In this document: piece by piece, positions 8,724 to 16,461 of the stretch
Numbering within the stretch: position 1 is the stretch's first letter
How the letters are laid out: the number at the start of each line of letters is the position of its first letter
DNA from: Escherichia phage tuntematon
Sequence record: NC_052660.1
Reading direction: 5' to 3' (one strand)
Length of the DNA stretch: 64,000 nt
Program-made: the position numbers and the translations under genes
Notes under the pieces: model-generated
Told to the model about the DNA's origin: nothing
Seen by the model: only the letters and a program-made list of their open reading frames with translations
Databases searched by the model: none

Positions 8724-9110
8724 TTATTCAATATAAATCAAATTATCTTCACCGATGTAAGCCGACACGTTCGGCATAAACTTAGCTGCATTGGTTAGGC
8801 GGTTGGCGGTGTTAGTGGTGTATATTTCAGTGCGATCCCAAAAGCCTACGCCGTGACCGTTACGGGTAAAATGTAAATCATTCCCGATCTGGTTGGCTGT
8901 AGCGCCGTCGCTCATCGCCTCAGAGATAGCGGCATCATTGGCATCACAAAACGCCGCAACGTCACGAATGATCCGTTGATGGGCTTGATCTGAAAATTCA
9001 TAATCAGTCATGTCATCTATAAAATTACCTTCATGATCCCTGGCTGATTCAGCAAAAATAAAGGCTTCTTTATAACCGTTGATGATTTCAATAATGATTT
9101 CTGTTTTCAT
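8724..9110 (-). CDS. hypothetical early protein
   Basis: ORF-track ORF; ATGA overlap with upstream gene. Confidence 0.6.
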   Translation of the reverse strand: MKTEIIIEIINGYKEAFIFAESARDHEGNFIDDMTDYEFSDQAHQRIIRDVAAFCDANDAAISEAMSDGATANQIGNDLHFTRNGHGVGFWDRTEIYTTNTANRLTNAAKFMPNVSAYIGEDNLIYIE

Positions 9111-9322
9111 GCTGTACGCTCGACAATAATAATAGTTTGCGGGATCTCGTTTTCTACTACTAACAAGGCTTTTTTCTGTGTAATAGATATTTTAACACGT
9201 TGTAAAGTAGCGGTGAAATCTTTCATTTCATTATGCGCGGACTTCGTGCAATGCCAGATCTCAGGCTTACCAACTTGTAAGCCGCGTAAAAATTCCGTTT
9301 TGCCTGTTTTGTTCGTGATCAT
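9107..9322 (-). CDS. hypothetical early protein
   Basis: Start moved to ATG (MITNKTGK) with RBS AAGGTGA; ORF track used upstream TTG at 9340. Confidence 0.5.
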   Translation of the reverse strand: MITNKTGKTEFLRGLQVGKPEIWHCTKSAHNEMKDFTATLQRVKISITQKKALLVVENEIPQTIIIVERTA

Positions 9323-9332
9323 TTGTTTCACC

Positions 9333-9437
9333 TTATCCAATACCGTGGGAAGATAGGATCATGTTAGCCATAGTTGCAATCACTCCAACCGATAACGCCA
9401 GGCCAACCACTGCAACCGTGAAAATTTTCTCTAACAT
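9333..9437 (-). CDS. 34-aa hydrophobic peptide
   Basis: ORF-track ORF 9333..9536 reads through the PeSL hairpin; real start taken as ATG 33 codons in (MLEKIFTVAVVGLALSV...). Confidence 0.4.
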   Translation of the reverse strand: MLEKIFTVAVVGLALSVGVIATMANMILSSHGIG

Positions 9438-9456
9438 GATTCTACCCTCATTAGTA

Positions 9457-9517
9457 GGCGTTGCACCATTGCCCCGCCCTACGTAATACACTTTACTAGA
9501 TAACAAATTATTGTCAA
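9457..9517 (-). promoter_or_regulatory. PeSL-like promoter + degenerate leader hairpin
   Basis: -35 TTGACA (rc 9512-9517), -10 TAAAGT (rc 9490-9495), degenerate hairpin 9457-9478. Confidence 0.5.
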
Positions 9518-9520
9518 GCT

Positions 9521-9658
9521 TTATTTTACTTCCCAAACGGAAAATTCGCTGCCTGTTGGGATCATCTTTTTAATCTTGTTTGCTGCCGCTACCAGGTCAA
9601 CGGCTTGCACTGTAATAATATAACCAATTGTCGAGGCTGTTGCGTTGAAAGTTTTCAT
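9521..9658 (-). CDS. candidate 45-aa protein
   Basis: Hand-translated MKTFNATASTIGYIITVQAVDLVAAANKIKKMIPTGSEFSVWEVK; RBS AAAGGGTAA; not in ORF track. Confidence 0.4.
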   Translation of the reverse strand: MKTFNATASTIGYIITVQAVDLVAAANKIKKMIPTGSEFSVWEVK

Positions 9659-9678
9659 TATATTACCCTTTAATACAG

Positions 9679-9696
9679 GCGGGATTAATCCCGCCT
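9679..9696 (-). other. intercistronic GC stem-loop
   Basis: ggcggga-ttaa-tcccgcc between 9703.. and 9521..9658. Confidence 0.4.
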
Positions 9697-9702
9697 TGTT
9701 GA

Positions 9703-9873
9703 TTACTCTTCATCGTCGCCGTTATAGTATTCAATGCCGTTTTCATCGGTTACGGTGATGTTAACGCCACCGATAGCAACACGATCACGGGCAAACGTCA
9801 TAGCTTCATTTAAATCTTCAGACCAAAAAATATTGTGACCTTTGCGCGATACATAAAACATAGTCGGGATCAT
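9703..9873 (-). CDS. hypothetical early protein (57 aa)
   Basis: ORF-track ORF 9703..9957 translates the PeSL hairpin; start moved to ATG 28 codons in (MIPTMFYV...). Confidence 0.5.
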   Translation of the reverse strand: MIPTMFYVSRKGHNIFWSEDLNEAMTFARDRVAIGGVNITVTDENGIEYYNGDDEE

Positions 9874-9894
9874 GATTTGTTTCTCTTCTGTTGT

Positions 9895-9957
9895 GAGCGG
9901 TGGACCATTCCGCCGCTCTATGTAATAAACTTTACTACGTTGTTTGCCTACTGTCAA
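9895..9957 (-). promoter_or_regulatory. PeSL-like promoter + leader stem-loop
   Basis: -35 TTGACA (rc 9952-9957), 17-nt spacer, -10 TAAAGT (rc 9929-9934), hairpin 9895-9918. Confidence 0.6.
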
Positions 9958-9958
9958 A

Positions 9959-10243
9959 TTATTTTTTAATGTTTTGCCCTACAAAATTGATCACTTCCTT
10001 AAGCTGTTTCTCAGTCATGATCGTGCCTGGTAGTTCCTCTTTGATTTCTTCCGGTAAATAGATATTACCGCGCCAGGTTAACAAACAACCGTTTTGATCT
10101 TCGCAGATAGAATAAGAAAACATCCACTCGCAATCATTTTCAAGCTCCCAAAAACACAAAAAGTCTTCTTTCCCTAAGTTTTCAACGGTTAAACATAATC
10201 CGCGACGTGCTGCATAATTAGTTAGGCTTTTTGTTATTTTCAT
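9959..10243 (-). CDS. hypothetical early protein (94 aa)
   Basis: Start moved 17 codons in (MKITKSLTNY); the ORF-track N-terminus is hairpin-encoded. Confidence 0.55.
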   Translation of the reverse strand: MKITKSLTNYAARRGLCLTVENLGKEDFLCFWELENDCEWMFSYSICEDQNGCLLTWRGNIYLPEEIKEELPGTIMTEKQLKEVINFVGQNIKK

Positions 10244-10262
10244 GATTTTTCTCTCTTCTTGT

Positions 10263-10320
10263 GAGCGGCACCATTGCCGCCCTACAAGATACATATTATC
10301 AGACTAGGCGGACTTGTCAA
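10263..10320 (-). promoter_or_regulatory. PeSL-like promoter + leader stem-loop
   Basis: -35 TTGACA (rc 10315-10320), -10 TAATAT (rc 10293-10298), hairpin gcggca-ccat-tgccgc 10265-10280. Confidence 0.65.
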
Positions 10321-10321
10321 A

Positions 10322-10432
10322 CTATTTTTTCTTTTTCTTTGCTTCCAACCGTCTAAGGTTACGGCTTGACTTATTGCGCAAGGCGCTTAGATCGTCGTAC
10401 CCTTTCCATGCTTGCATATCTTTCGGATTCAT
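10322..10432 (-). CDS. 36-aa Lys-rich small protein
   Basis: Internal ATG (MNPKDMQAWKGY...KKKKK) with RBS AAGGGGGA; the upstream part of ORF-track ORF 10322..10594 overlaps gene 10443..10721. Confidence 0.4.
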   Translation of the reverse strand: MNPKDMQAWKGYDDLSALRNKSSRNLRRLEAKKKKK

Positions 10433-10442
10433 GTTATCCCCC

Positions 10443-10721
10443 TTAACGGTTATAAACATTATGGATGGCTTCAAAGGCAAGATGACCATAAGCCGCCAAA
10501 TCGGGATTGATCCAAGCGTTATCCAACATCGTTTCAAGGACTGTGGAATCATCGTATAAAGCATCATAGAAATCTGCACGGATGATCGTTTCAATGTCGT
10601 CCGGTGTTAGTTTGTCGTTCAACTTGCACACTGTTTCAACGTCAACACCAATTTTCCAATTTTGTAAATTAGTGGTTAACATTGTTTTCATTTCTTCGGT
10701 TGTTAATTTAACGATGGTCAT
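10443..10721 (-). CDS. hypothetical early protein
   Basis: ORF-track ORF starting right after PeSL unit. Confidence 0.6.
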   Translation of the reverse strand: MTIVKLTTEEMKTMLTTNLQNWKIGVDVETVCKLNDKLTPDDIETIIRADFYDALYDDSTVLETMLDNAWINPDLAAYGHLAFEAIHNVYNR

Positions 10722-10742
10722 GATTTTTTCTCTCTTCTGTTA

Positions 10743-10800
10743 GGCGGGGCGCTTGTCGCCCCTATGTGATACATCTTATCAGGTTGATTCAGCTTGTCAA
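10743..10800 (-). promoter_or_regulatory. PeSL-like promoter + leader stem-loop
   Basis: -35 TTGACA (rc 10795-10800), -10 TAAGAT (rc 10773-10778), hairpin ggggcg-cttgt-cgcccc 10743-10762; flanks near-identical to unit at 10263. Confidence 0.6.
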
Positions 10801-10801
10801 A

Positions 10802-10963
10802 CTATTTGTTAGCCGGATTATATGCCAGGACCGCGCCACTTGCTTTCACGCTTTCCGCTTCATAGTTGCGCAGATCGTTTTCTGTAAGATTGAGCGCGAT
10901 CACTTCCTCGATCTCAACGTCAGCGGCAAGGGCGATCTCTTTGATAATATCTGTTGTTTTCAT
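10802..10963 (-). CDS. hypothetical early protein (53 aa)
   Basis: Start moved to ATG 13 codons in (MKTTDIIKEI) with RBS AAGGTG. Confidence 0.5.
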   Translation of the reverse strand: MKTTDIIKEIALAADVEIEEVIALNLTENDLRNYEAESVKASGAVLAYNPANK

Positions 10964-10973
10964 GGTGTGCACC

Positions 10974-11093
10974 TTATAAGATGATTGATAAGATAGTGAC
11001 AACGAAAGCGATTATACTGATGGCAAATGTCATCTTTTTACCTTCGGATACTGCCGGATTCTCTACCGTGTATTCTACTGTGTACTTGCTCAT
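10974..11093 (-). CDS. candidate 39-aa membrane-anchored peptide
   Basis: Hand-translated MSKYTVEYTVENPAVSEGKKMTFAISIIAFVVTILSIIL; RBS GAGAGGA; not in ORF track. Confidence 0.4.
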   Translation of the reverse strand: MSKYTVEYTVENPAVSEGKKMTFAISIIAFVVTILSIIL

Positions 11094-11115
11094 CGTGTAA
11101 TCCTCTCGTTTGCTT

Positions 11116-11172
11116 TGGGAACTATTCCCGCCGCCCTATGAATTAAATATACACTATCTCAAAATGATTGCA
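11116..11172 (-). promoter_or_regulatory. PeSL-like promoter + leader stem-loop
   Basis: -35 TTGCAA (11167-11172), -10 TATATT (rc 11145-11150), hairpin gggaa-cta-ttccc 11116-11128. Confidence 0.55.
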
Positions 11173-11190
11173 AGCCTTTTTCTAAATTAT

Positions 11191-11475
11191 TTATGCAGTA
11201 AACAAACCATCATTTACAACGGCGGCGATGATCTCCCGTGCCATTGATTCAGGGAAAGGGGCGCTATAGTCCTGGCTTGTCTCGTCGGTATCAGTGATCC
11301 AATGATAAGCTAACGAGTAAAAGCCTTTACTAACTGTTTTCAGTGAGATGATGATCACTCGGTCAAGCTTATTGGTGAATGTTGCCGTTAATGTGTTACC
11401 CTCCTGCGTCATGTTGGACAAGTAAGCGGGATCATTAATCAGGGAAAACATTAGTACGGTGTTAGCTTTACTCAT
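11191..11475 (-). CDS. hypothetical early protein (94 aa)
   Basis: Start moved 10 codons in (MSKANTVLMF). Confidence 0.55.
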   Translation of the reverse strand: MSKANTVLMFSLINDPAYLSNMTQEGNTLTATFTNKLDRVIIISLKTVSKGFYSLAYHWITDTDETSQDYSAPFPESMAREIIAAVVNDGLFTA

Positions 11476-11495
11476 GATTGCATCCTCAAAGGGGC

Positions 11496-11550
11496 GCGGC
11501 ACCATTGCCGCCCTACACGATAACTATAACACAATGTAAAACAGGATCAA
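11496..11550 (-). promoter_or_regulatory. PeSL-like promoter + leader stem-loop
   Basis: -35 TTGATC (rc 11545-11550), -10 TATAGT (rc 11523-11528), hairpin gcggca-ccat-tgccgc 11496-11511. Confidence 0.6.
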
Positions 11551-11753
11551 CCTTTATTTTTCCACGGTGTCAGCTTGTTAATCATTGGTGATAAATAACG
11601 TTTACCAACGTAAAACAGCACGCCAACTGATGCAACGGCGGCGATCTCATGTAAGGAGGAAGGACGCGCGGTGTCATAGTAGGTACCGATAATAGCAATA
11701 GCGGCTACGGCTGCAACGTCGATAATGATTTTTTCTTGTTTTGCGGTGATCAT
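11547..11753 (-). CDS. small membrane protein
   Basis: Hydrophobic stretches AAVAAIAIIGTYY and AAVASVGVLFYVG. Confidence 0.55.
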   Translation of the reverse strand: MITAKQEKIIIDVAAVAAIAIIGTYYDTARPSSLHEIAAVASVGVLFYVGKRYLSPMINKLTPWKNKG

Positions 11754-11772
11754 AATATTTACCTTTTTGTAT

Positions 11773-11831
11773 GGTGGGAACTATTCCCCGCCTGATGTAA
11801 TACAGTTTAACAGGTCCGGTTATGGTGTCAA
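11773..11831 (-). promoter_or_regulatory. PeSL-like promoter + leader stem-loop
   Basis: -35 TTGACA (rc 11826-11831), -10 TAAACT (rc 11804-11809), hairpin 11773-11792. Confidence 0.55.
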
Positions 11832-11837
11832 CCACTT

Positions 11838-12023
11838 TTAAAGATATTTTATACTGATAACGTTTTCCGGTTTAACCTTGTTGTGATGTGCATCAACATA
11901 GATCAAACCATCGTCAGAAAAGCCCAGGATCACGCCCTGCGCAATAAAACCGTATTCGTCACGGTAACGCACGGCTATTTTTAATGTTGCGTTATAGGCT
12001 GTTTTAAGCTCGTTTAAAGTCAT
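11838..12023 (-). CDS. hypothetical early protein
   Basis: ORF-track ORF; RBS GAGGATAAACAAAA. Confidence 0.55.
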   Translation of the reverse strand: MTLNELKTAYNATLKIAVRYRDEYGFIAQGVILGFSDDGLIYVDAHHNKVKPENVISIKYL

Positions 12024-12053
12024 TTTTGTTTATCCTCTACATGTAAAAAGAAA

Positions 12054-12070
12054 GGGCGCTTGGTGCGCCC
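12054..12070 (-). terminator. intrinsic terminator or leader hairpin
   Basis: gggcgc-ttggt-gcgccc followed on minus strand by TTTCTTTTT. Confidence 0.55.
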
Positions 12071-12078
12071 TTGTTATG

Positions 12079-12225
12079 TTAATCCTCTAAATCCATCCAA
12101 TTATATTTGTCACTCTTCCCGCGCTTTGTTTTATTGCGCTTGTCGCCTTTGCGGATCACTTCCTCATTCCAGGCCTTGCGGATCTTGGAAGATTGAATTT
12201 TTTCTGCGCGATTAGATGTGTTCAT
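12079..12225 (-). CDS. candidate 48-aa basic protein
   Basis: Hand-translated MNTSNRAEKIQSSKIRKAWNEEVIRKGDKRNKTKRGKSDKYNWMDLED; RBS AAAGAGGAAAC; not in ORF track. Confidence 0.4.
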   Translation of the reverse strand: MNTSNRAEKIQSSKIRKAWNEEVIRKGDKRNKTKRGKSDKYNWMDLED

Positions 12226-12245
12226 TTTGTTTCCTCTTTATATGA

Positions 12246-12298
12246 GCGGCACCATTGCCGCTATATTGTTAATTTAAACTGTTTTGTAAAATTGTCAA
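12246..12298 (-). promoter_or_regulatory. PeSL-like promoter (weak -10) + leader stem-loop
   Basis: -35 TTGACA (rc 12293-12298), hairpin gcggca-ccat-tgccgc 12246-12261. Confidence 0.5.
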
Positions 12299-12304
12299 GG
12301 TTTA

Positions 12305-12658
12305 TCATTCATAAGAGCAAGCAAGGATCACGCCTGCAATATAAAGCCAATAATTTTCCCTTTCTCGTTGGATTTTATCATCGCTGCTATTCTCTTTAAT
12401 GTATCCCCAGGATGTTAACAAGCGATCAATTTCCCAATATTCGAAAGCGATATTAATGTCTGATGGCAAACCTTGTAACCATGATGCAAGTGCTTTAACA
12501 ATACTATAATTAAAACGTGATTGGTTATCAGGGTACCAGTACTCGGAATTAAAACGGCGCATCAATTCCGCGATCTTCTCTTTTTCGGTTGTAATACCAT
12601 AATCATTAAAATCGATAGCGGCAAGGATGTACTCTTTAATTGCATTTTGTGCTTTCAT
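12305..12658 (-). CDS. hypothetical early protein
   Basis: ORF-track ORF. Confidence 0.6.
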   Translation of the reverse strand: MKAQNAIKEYILAAIDFNDYGITTEKEKIAELMRRFNSEYWYPDNQSRFNYSIVKALASWLQGLPSDINIAFEYWEIDRLLTSWGYIKENSSDDKIQRERENYWLYIAGVILACSYE

Positions 12659-12676
12659 GGTCTTTCTCTCTTTTTA

Positions 12677-12733
12677 GCGGGAACTATTCCCGCCCTATGT
12701 GTAACAGTTTACTGAAAATTAAATCTGTGTCAA
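12677..12733 (-). promoter_or_regulatory. PeSL-like promoter + leader stem-loop
   Basis: -35 TTGACA (rc 12728-12733), -10 TAAACT (rc 12706-12711), hairpin gcgggaa-ctat-tcccgcc 12677-12694. Confidence 0.6.
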
Positions 12734-12736
12734 GTT

Positions 12737-12958
12737 TTATTTTGTTACTACCATTTGGTACCCTGTTTCAATGTTGCTAAACACTGTTATCCCGTCCTGG
12801 CGTTCACTCATTAGCATACAAGGCGCTAACATCCTTTCTACTGCCTTGCACTCGTTGTAAACGGCGGTTATATCTCCTGCTGCCTTGTCTTCTGTAGTAA
12901 ATGTCTCATTTACGTAAACTTGACCAGCGACAACGGTGACAATAGCGAAAGTGATCAT
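12737..12958 (-). CDS. hypothetical early protein
   Basis: ORF-track ORF. Confidence 0.55.
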   Translation of the reverse strand: MITFAIVTVVAGQVYVNETFTTEDKAAGDITAVYNECKAVERMLAPCMLMSERQDGITVFSNIETGYQMVVTK

Positions 12959-13031
12959 GATGTTTTTCTCTTTATGTGTTTCGATTAGTTGATATTACAG
13001 CAATTCGCAGATTAGTTTTTAGCAATTCGTG

Positions 13032-13250
13032 CTATTTACTCATAACAGTATCGAAAACAAATTTTTCTTTGTTGTCAAAGCTCACGTATCCGATTCGACC
13101 ACGCAAGCCGCGAGTAGTGCCGTATTCGTAACCGTCAAGACCTTTAACCTTCCAATCCACGCCCATTAAAACCGCATTATATTTCTGACCAACTACAAAC
13201 GCGCCACCAGTTGATTCAATGCAAACAACTTTAATTTTACGGATTGCCAT
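13032..13250 (-). CDS. hypothetical early protein
   Basis: ORF-track ORF; RBS AGAGAGAAAGAAAA. Confidence 0.55.
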   Translation of the reverse strand: MAIRKIKVVCIESTGGAFVVGQKYNAVLMGVDWKVKGLDGYEYGTTRGLRGRIGYVSFDNKEKFVFDTVMSK

Positions 13251-13288
13251 TTTCTTTCTCTCTTTCTGGTGATTGGTTTCTCTTCTCT

Positions 13289-13312
13289 ATAGCGCCCATT
13301 ATAAGGCGCTAT
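13289..13312 (-). other. intercistronic stem-loop
   Basis: atagcgcc-cattataa-ggcgctat, 8-bp stem. Confidence 0.4.
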
Positions 13313-13328
13313 AACGAAAAGTCAACGA

Positions 13329-13496
13329 TTATTTTTTAAGGCTTAAAGTACCTAACTTGTCAGCGTGACGCAGACCAGGGAAGATCCATTTGCCTGATTC
13401 ATCTTTTACAGGGGCTTTAAGTGTAGCGCCCAGGTTGGCGGCGTTAACTTTACGTGCAACGTTGCGAGCGGCTTCACGGGTAGTAAAAGTAATCAT
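13329..13496 (-). CDS. candidate 55-aa protein
   Basis: Hand-translated MITFTTREAARNVARKVNAANLGATLKAPVKDESGKWIFPGLRHADKLGTLSLKK; not in ORF track. Confidence 0.4.
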   Translation of the reverse strand: MITFTTREAARNVARKVNAANLGATLKAPVKDESGKWIFPGLRHADKLGTLSLKK

Positions 13497-13520
13497 GATG
13501 TTTTCCTCTTCTCTTTGTTA

Positions 13521-13581
13521 GGCGGTGGACCATTCCCCGCCTTGATGTAATACAGTTTACTTTATTTTTGCAGTATTGCAA
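13521..13581 (-). promoter_or_regulatory. PeSL-like promoter + leader stem-loop
   Basis: -35 TTGCAA (13576-13581), -10 TAAACT (rc 13554-13559), hairpin 13521-13541. Confidence 0.55.
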
Positions 13582-13586
13582 GCGTT

Positions 13587-13799
13587 TTATGAAATAATCG
13601 TCAAAGTAAAATTGTAATCACCTGATTGATACAATACCTTGTCACCGAACGTTCCAACACGTTTAACATTGCAATATATACCCATAACACTTTTTACATC
13701 TTTGATATTCTTCACGCCTGTAATATCTTTATTAAAATGATCGTGATCAGAAAATAAAACTTGTTTTGCATTTTTTAACAGTGTGCGGATATTAGCCAT
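13587..13799 (-). CDS. hypothetical early protein
   Basis: ORF-track ORF. Confidence 0.55.
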   Translation of the reverse strand: MANIRTLLKNAKQVLFSDHDHFNKDITGVKNIKDVKSVMGIYCNVKRVGTFGDKVLYQSGDYNFTLTIIS

Positions 13800-13822
13800 C
13801 GTGATAATCTCTCTTCTGTTGT

Positions 13823-13880
13823 GAGCGGCACCATTGCCGCCCTACGTAATATAGTTTACTCTTTTTCTTTCCCGTGTCAA
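13823..13880 (-). promoter_or_regulatory. PeSL-like promoter + leader stem-loop
   Basis: -35 TTGACA (rc 13875-13880), -10 TAAACT (rc 13853-13858), hairpin gcggca-ccat-tgccgc 13825-13840. Confidence 0.65.
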
Positions 13881-13889
13881 CAATCTTTT

Positions 13890-14117
13890 TCAGATTAATT
13901 CATCCAGGCATAACAGGCGATCAACGTTGAGATCGGTTAGGCTGATGGTTGGCACCTGGTAGGATTCGATGTACTCGACGCTTGCATATTCCCCAAAATT
14001 AGCAATAGCCCACTTATTCAAGATCTCACATACATCATTAATCTTTTTGTTTGTTACAACTGCAATAACCTGGGAAGTGCCAACGGTGCCGGATACGCGA
14101 ACAATATTGATAGCCAT
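13890..14117 (-). CDS. hypothetical early protein
   Basis: ORF-track ORF. Confidence 0.55.
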   Translation of the reverse strand: MAINIVRVSGTVGTSQVIAVVTNKKINDVCEILNKWAIANFGEYASVEYIESYQVPTISLTDLNVDRLLCLDELI

Positions 14118-14139
14118 AATCTTTAATCTCTCTGTTGTT

Positions 14140-14199
14140 GGCGGGAAACCACTTCCCGCCCTATGTGATACATCTTACACTAATTTTAAACGTTGTCAA
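14140..14199 (-). promoter_or_regulatory. PeSL-like promoter + leader stem-loop
   Basis: -35 TTGACA (rc 14194-14199), -10 TAAGAT (rc 14172-14177), hairpin ggcgggaa-accac-ttcccgcc 14140-14160. Confidence 0.65.
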
Positions 14200-14208
14200 C
14201 TGTTTTTA

Positions 14209-14448
14209 TTACATTCCAACCATCGCGGCGCGGATCGCAGTAGTGCTATATTTGAAACCGTCTGGCGTTTTATCTTGTCCAGTTTGTTCCAGAAAAAGCA
14301 TCATATCCCGCGCAGCATCATTACGATTAGTATTAGCGGCGATAAATTCTTTCGCCAACCGATATAATGATTCATCGTTATTAATCCAAAGGCTTACATT
14401 CCAATGAGTTTTGTTTTTGTGACCTAAGAACATTTTTGATTTAGCCAT
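14209..14448 (-). CDS. hypothetical early protein
   Basis: ORF-track ORF. Confidence 0.55.
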   Translation of the reverse strand: MAKSKMFLGHKNKTHWNVSLWINNDESLYRLAKEFIAANTNRNDAARDMMLFLEQTGQDKTPDGFKYSTTAIRAAMVGM

Positions 14449-14472
14449 GATATTAATCTCTTTTTCAGTGAG

Positions 14473-14531
14473 GCGGGAACTATTCCCGCTCTCTATGTAA
14501 TACAGTTTACTCTTTTTATTCGTGCTGTCAA
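14473..14531 (-). promoter_or_regulatory. PeSL-like promoter + leader stem-loop
   Basis: -35 TTGACA (rc 14526-14531), -10 TAAACT (rc 14504-14509), hairpin gcgggaa-cta-ttcccgc 14473-14489. Confidence 0.6.
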
Positions 14532-14537
14532 TGCTTT

Positions 14538-14903
14538 TTATAAATCTTTTTTACGTTTAACATCGCTTGCATGACTGTATACAGCGATCCCATTATCACG
14601 GCAAAAACGGGAAAGGTAGGCATAATTTGAAAACTCTTTACCTTCCAGGTTGATAACCTTGCTAAACTCTTCTAGGGCAACGGTATCAAAATGATCCCCA
14701 TAGCCATATTGAAACGGAACGTTAACTACTTCGATCAGTTTACCGCCGATCTCAACGTCAACCATCAAAGAGAAATAAGTATTACCATAAGACTTTTGAA
14801 ACCAGCGACGGGCGCTAATATGTACCGCTTCAATGCTGGATAGTTCAATTTTAGCAGTGTTAGCCAGGGTAGCATAAGCAGAAACATTGATATTTTTAGC
14901 CAT
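14538..14903 (-). CDS. hypothetical early protein
   Basis: ORF-track ORF. Confidence 0.6.
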   Translation of the reverse strand: MAKNINVSAYATLANTAKIELSSIEAVHISARRWFQKSYGNTYFSLMVDVEIGGKLIEVVNVPFQYGYGDHFDTVALEEFSKVINLEGKEFSNYAYLSRFCRDNGIAVYSHASDVKRKKDL

Positions 14904-14950
14904 AGTCTTTAATCTCTTTTGATTAGTTAGGAGTATTCCCGATAAAAGTT

Positions 14951-14988
14951 ATTATGCTTATACTATCACTCATTGTCAATAGTATAAG
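14951..14988 (-). promoter_or_regulatory. early promoter overlapped by 10-bp inverted repeat (operator candidate)
   Basis: -35 TTGACA (rc 14974-14979), -10 CATAAT (rc 14951-14956); inverted repeat cttatactat 14957-14966 / atagtataag 14979-14988. Confidence 0.5.
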
Positions 14989-14998
14989 ACTAAAACTT

Positions 14999-15178
14999 TT
15001 AACGATAATCGTTATAGGCTTTATTGACCTGGCGAATGTAACATTCGAAAGCAAGATCAATGTATTCGTATTCACGCACATAATCACCATAGGTCACTAC
15101 ATACATTTTTAAAGTTTCCTCATAAGCCAGGAGGATCGAATCTAAACCTATAATCTCAGTTTTTGCAATGATAGCCAT
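14999..15178 (-). CDS. candidate 59-aa protein
   Basis: Hand-translated MAIIAKTEIIGLDSILLAYEETLKMYVVTYGDYVREYEYIDLAFECYIRQVNKAYNDYR; not in ORF track. Confidence 0.4.
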   Translation of the reverse strand: MAIIAKTEIIGLDSILLAYEETLKMYVVTYGDYVREYEYIDLAFECYIRQVNKAYNDYR

Positions 15179-15198
15179 GATGTTAACCTTTTATTGTT

Positions 15199-15255
15199 GG
15201 CGGCACCATTGCCGCCCTACGTGATAAACTATACCAGAATTTTAAACAGTGTCAA
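15199..15255 (-). promoter_or_regulatory. PeSL-like promoter + leader stem-loop
   Basis: -35 TTGACA (rc 15250-15255), -10 TATAGT (rc 15228-15233), hairpin ggcggca-ccat-tgccgcc 15199-15216. Confidence 0.65.
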
Positions 15256-15261
15256 CCGTTT

Positions 15262-15624
15262 TTATTCGTAAATTTTACCGCTCTCGGCCCATACCATAAC
15301 GCGGCGCATACTATCCCAAGTGTTCTGATCCAAGTTTAAGCCGTGCAACTCTTCGGTACTTCCCAGACCAGGTACCGCCTTGTTGTAAGTAGCATATAAG
15401 CGCCCTTGATACTCATACGCCAGAGTAAGATCCGTTTGAATCATCTTTTTAAGCATAGCATTAAGCATCATATTAGCGGCATGTTGATCACGTTTTAGCG
15501 GTAACATATCAATAAGGGCGCGATAAGCTGAAACATGAATATCAACCGTTTCACGTGGTAAATTTTTCATATCATCGCGGAAAGATACCAGATTAAACAT
15601 GATAGTATTGATTTGCTTGCTCAT
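15262..15624 (-). CDS. hypothetical early protein (120 aa)
   Basis: Start moved 19 codons in (MSKQINTIMFN); ORF-track N-terminus is hairpin-encoded. Confidence 0.55.
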   Translation of the reverse strand: MSKQINTIMFNLVSFRDDMKNLPRETVDIHVSAYRALIDMLPLKRDQHAANMMLNAMLKKMIQTDLTLAYEYQGRLYATYNKAVPGLGSTEELHGLNLDQNTWDSMRRVMVWAESGKIYE

Positions 15625-15646
15625 TGTGTTACCCTTTTTTTGTTTT

Positions 15647-15707
15647 GGCGGGGAAGTATTCCGCCGCCCTATGTGATACATCTTATCAGATTAAAAAACG
15701 TTGTCAA
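15647..15707 (-). promoter_or_regulatory. PeSL-like promoter + leader stem-loop
   Basis: -35 TTGACA (rc 15702-15707), -10 TAAGAT (rc 15680-15685), hairpin 15647-15668. Confidence 0.55.
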
Positions 15708-15716
15708 GAATATTTT

Positions 15717-15812
15717 TTAGAAAATAATAGCCGCTACTACAACCCAAAATGGAACGGCGAAAATGATAGCATTAATCGTTCCAACCGTCAAGCTATTTTC
15801 TTTATTAATCAT
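15717..15812 (-). CDS. candidate 31-aa hydrophobic peptide
   Basis: Hand-translated MINKENSLTVGTINAIIFAVPFWVVVAAIIF; RBS AAGAGG; not in ORF track. Confidence 0.35.
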   Translation of the reverse strand: MINKENSLTVGTINAIIFAVPFWVVVAAIIF

Positions 15813-15839
15813 TGTAAACCTCTTGCATAATTTCACTAT

Positions 15840-15898
15840 GAGCGGCACCATTGCCGCCCTACGTGGTAAATATTATGCCAGTGGCGGCGATATGTCAA
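15840..15898 (-). promoter_or_regulatory. PeSL-like promoter + leader stem-loop
   Basis: -35 TTGACA (rc 15893-15898), 17-nt spacer, -10 TAATAT (rc 15870-15875), hairpin gcggca-ccat-tgccgc 15842-15857. Confidence 0.65.
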
Positions 15899-16461
15899 AG
15901 ACTATTTTCAAAGTTTTCTAGTGCGATCCTTTTTTCTTCCTCTGTCGGCTGATAATCAGGAAAAGCATCAACACACAACAACGGCGGGATCTCTTCGTAC
16001 TCTTCCTCTTCCGTTGTCTCCTCGTCTTCCTCCTGGGCTATGGCTGCAATTTTGGCTAATTTTCTTTCAGCTTGAATCAATTTACCATCAAGTACGTTTT
16101 TTGCCATGTTGTAAGCGGTCCAGGTGATGCGCTTACTTTCCAATGCTTCATCAAGCGCCGCTATCTTGCTGGGGTATTCATCCAGGACACGAAAAGCCGG
16201 ATCAACTTTGTATAAAGGATTATCTTTCGCGCCATCGCTCGCATCTTCCGCACTGGATAAATCAGCGTTACCATTTGCCAGCCAACCAGGGCGCACATAA
16301 CGCGCTTTTACGTTGCCGTTACTACGTGCTAATCTGTTACCTATTTGCTCACCGCTATATCCCGTGGATTCATCGATAAGATGATCGGGAATGATGCGCG
16401 GATCATCTGCTTCATGTTTTACCCAAGACTGGATCACATATTCGCGGCCCATATTAACCAC
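15895..16461 (-). CDS. hypothetical acidic early protein
   Basis: ORF-track ORF; acidic tract EEDEETTEEEEYEEIPP. Confidence 0.6.
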   Translation of the reverse strand: MVNMGREYVIQSWVKHEADDPRIIPDHLIDESTGYSGEQIGNRLARSNGNVKARYVRPGWLANGNADLSSAEDASDGAKDNPLYKVDPAFRVLDEYPSKIAALDEALESKRITWTAYNMAKNVLDGKLIQAERKLAKIAAIAQEEDEETTEEEEYEEIPPLLCVDAFPDYQPTEEEKRIALENFENSL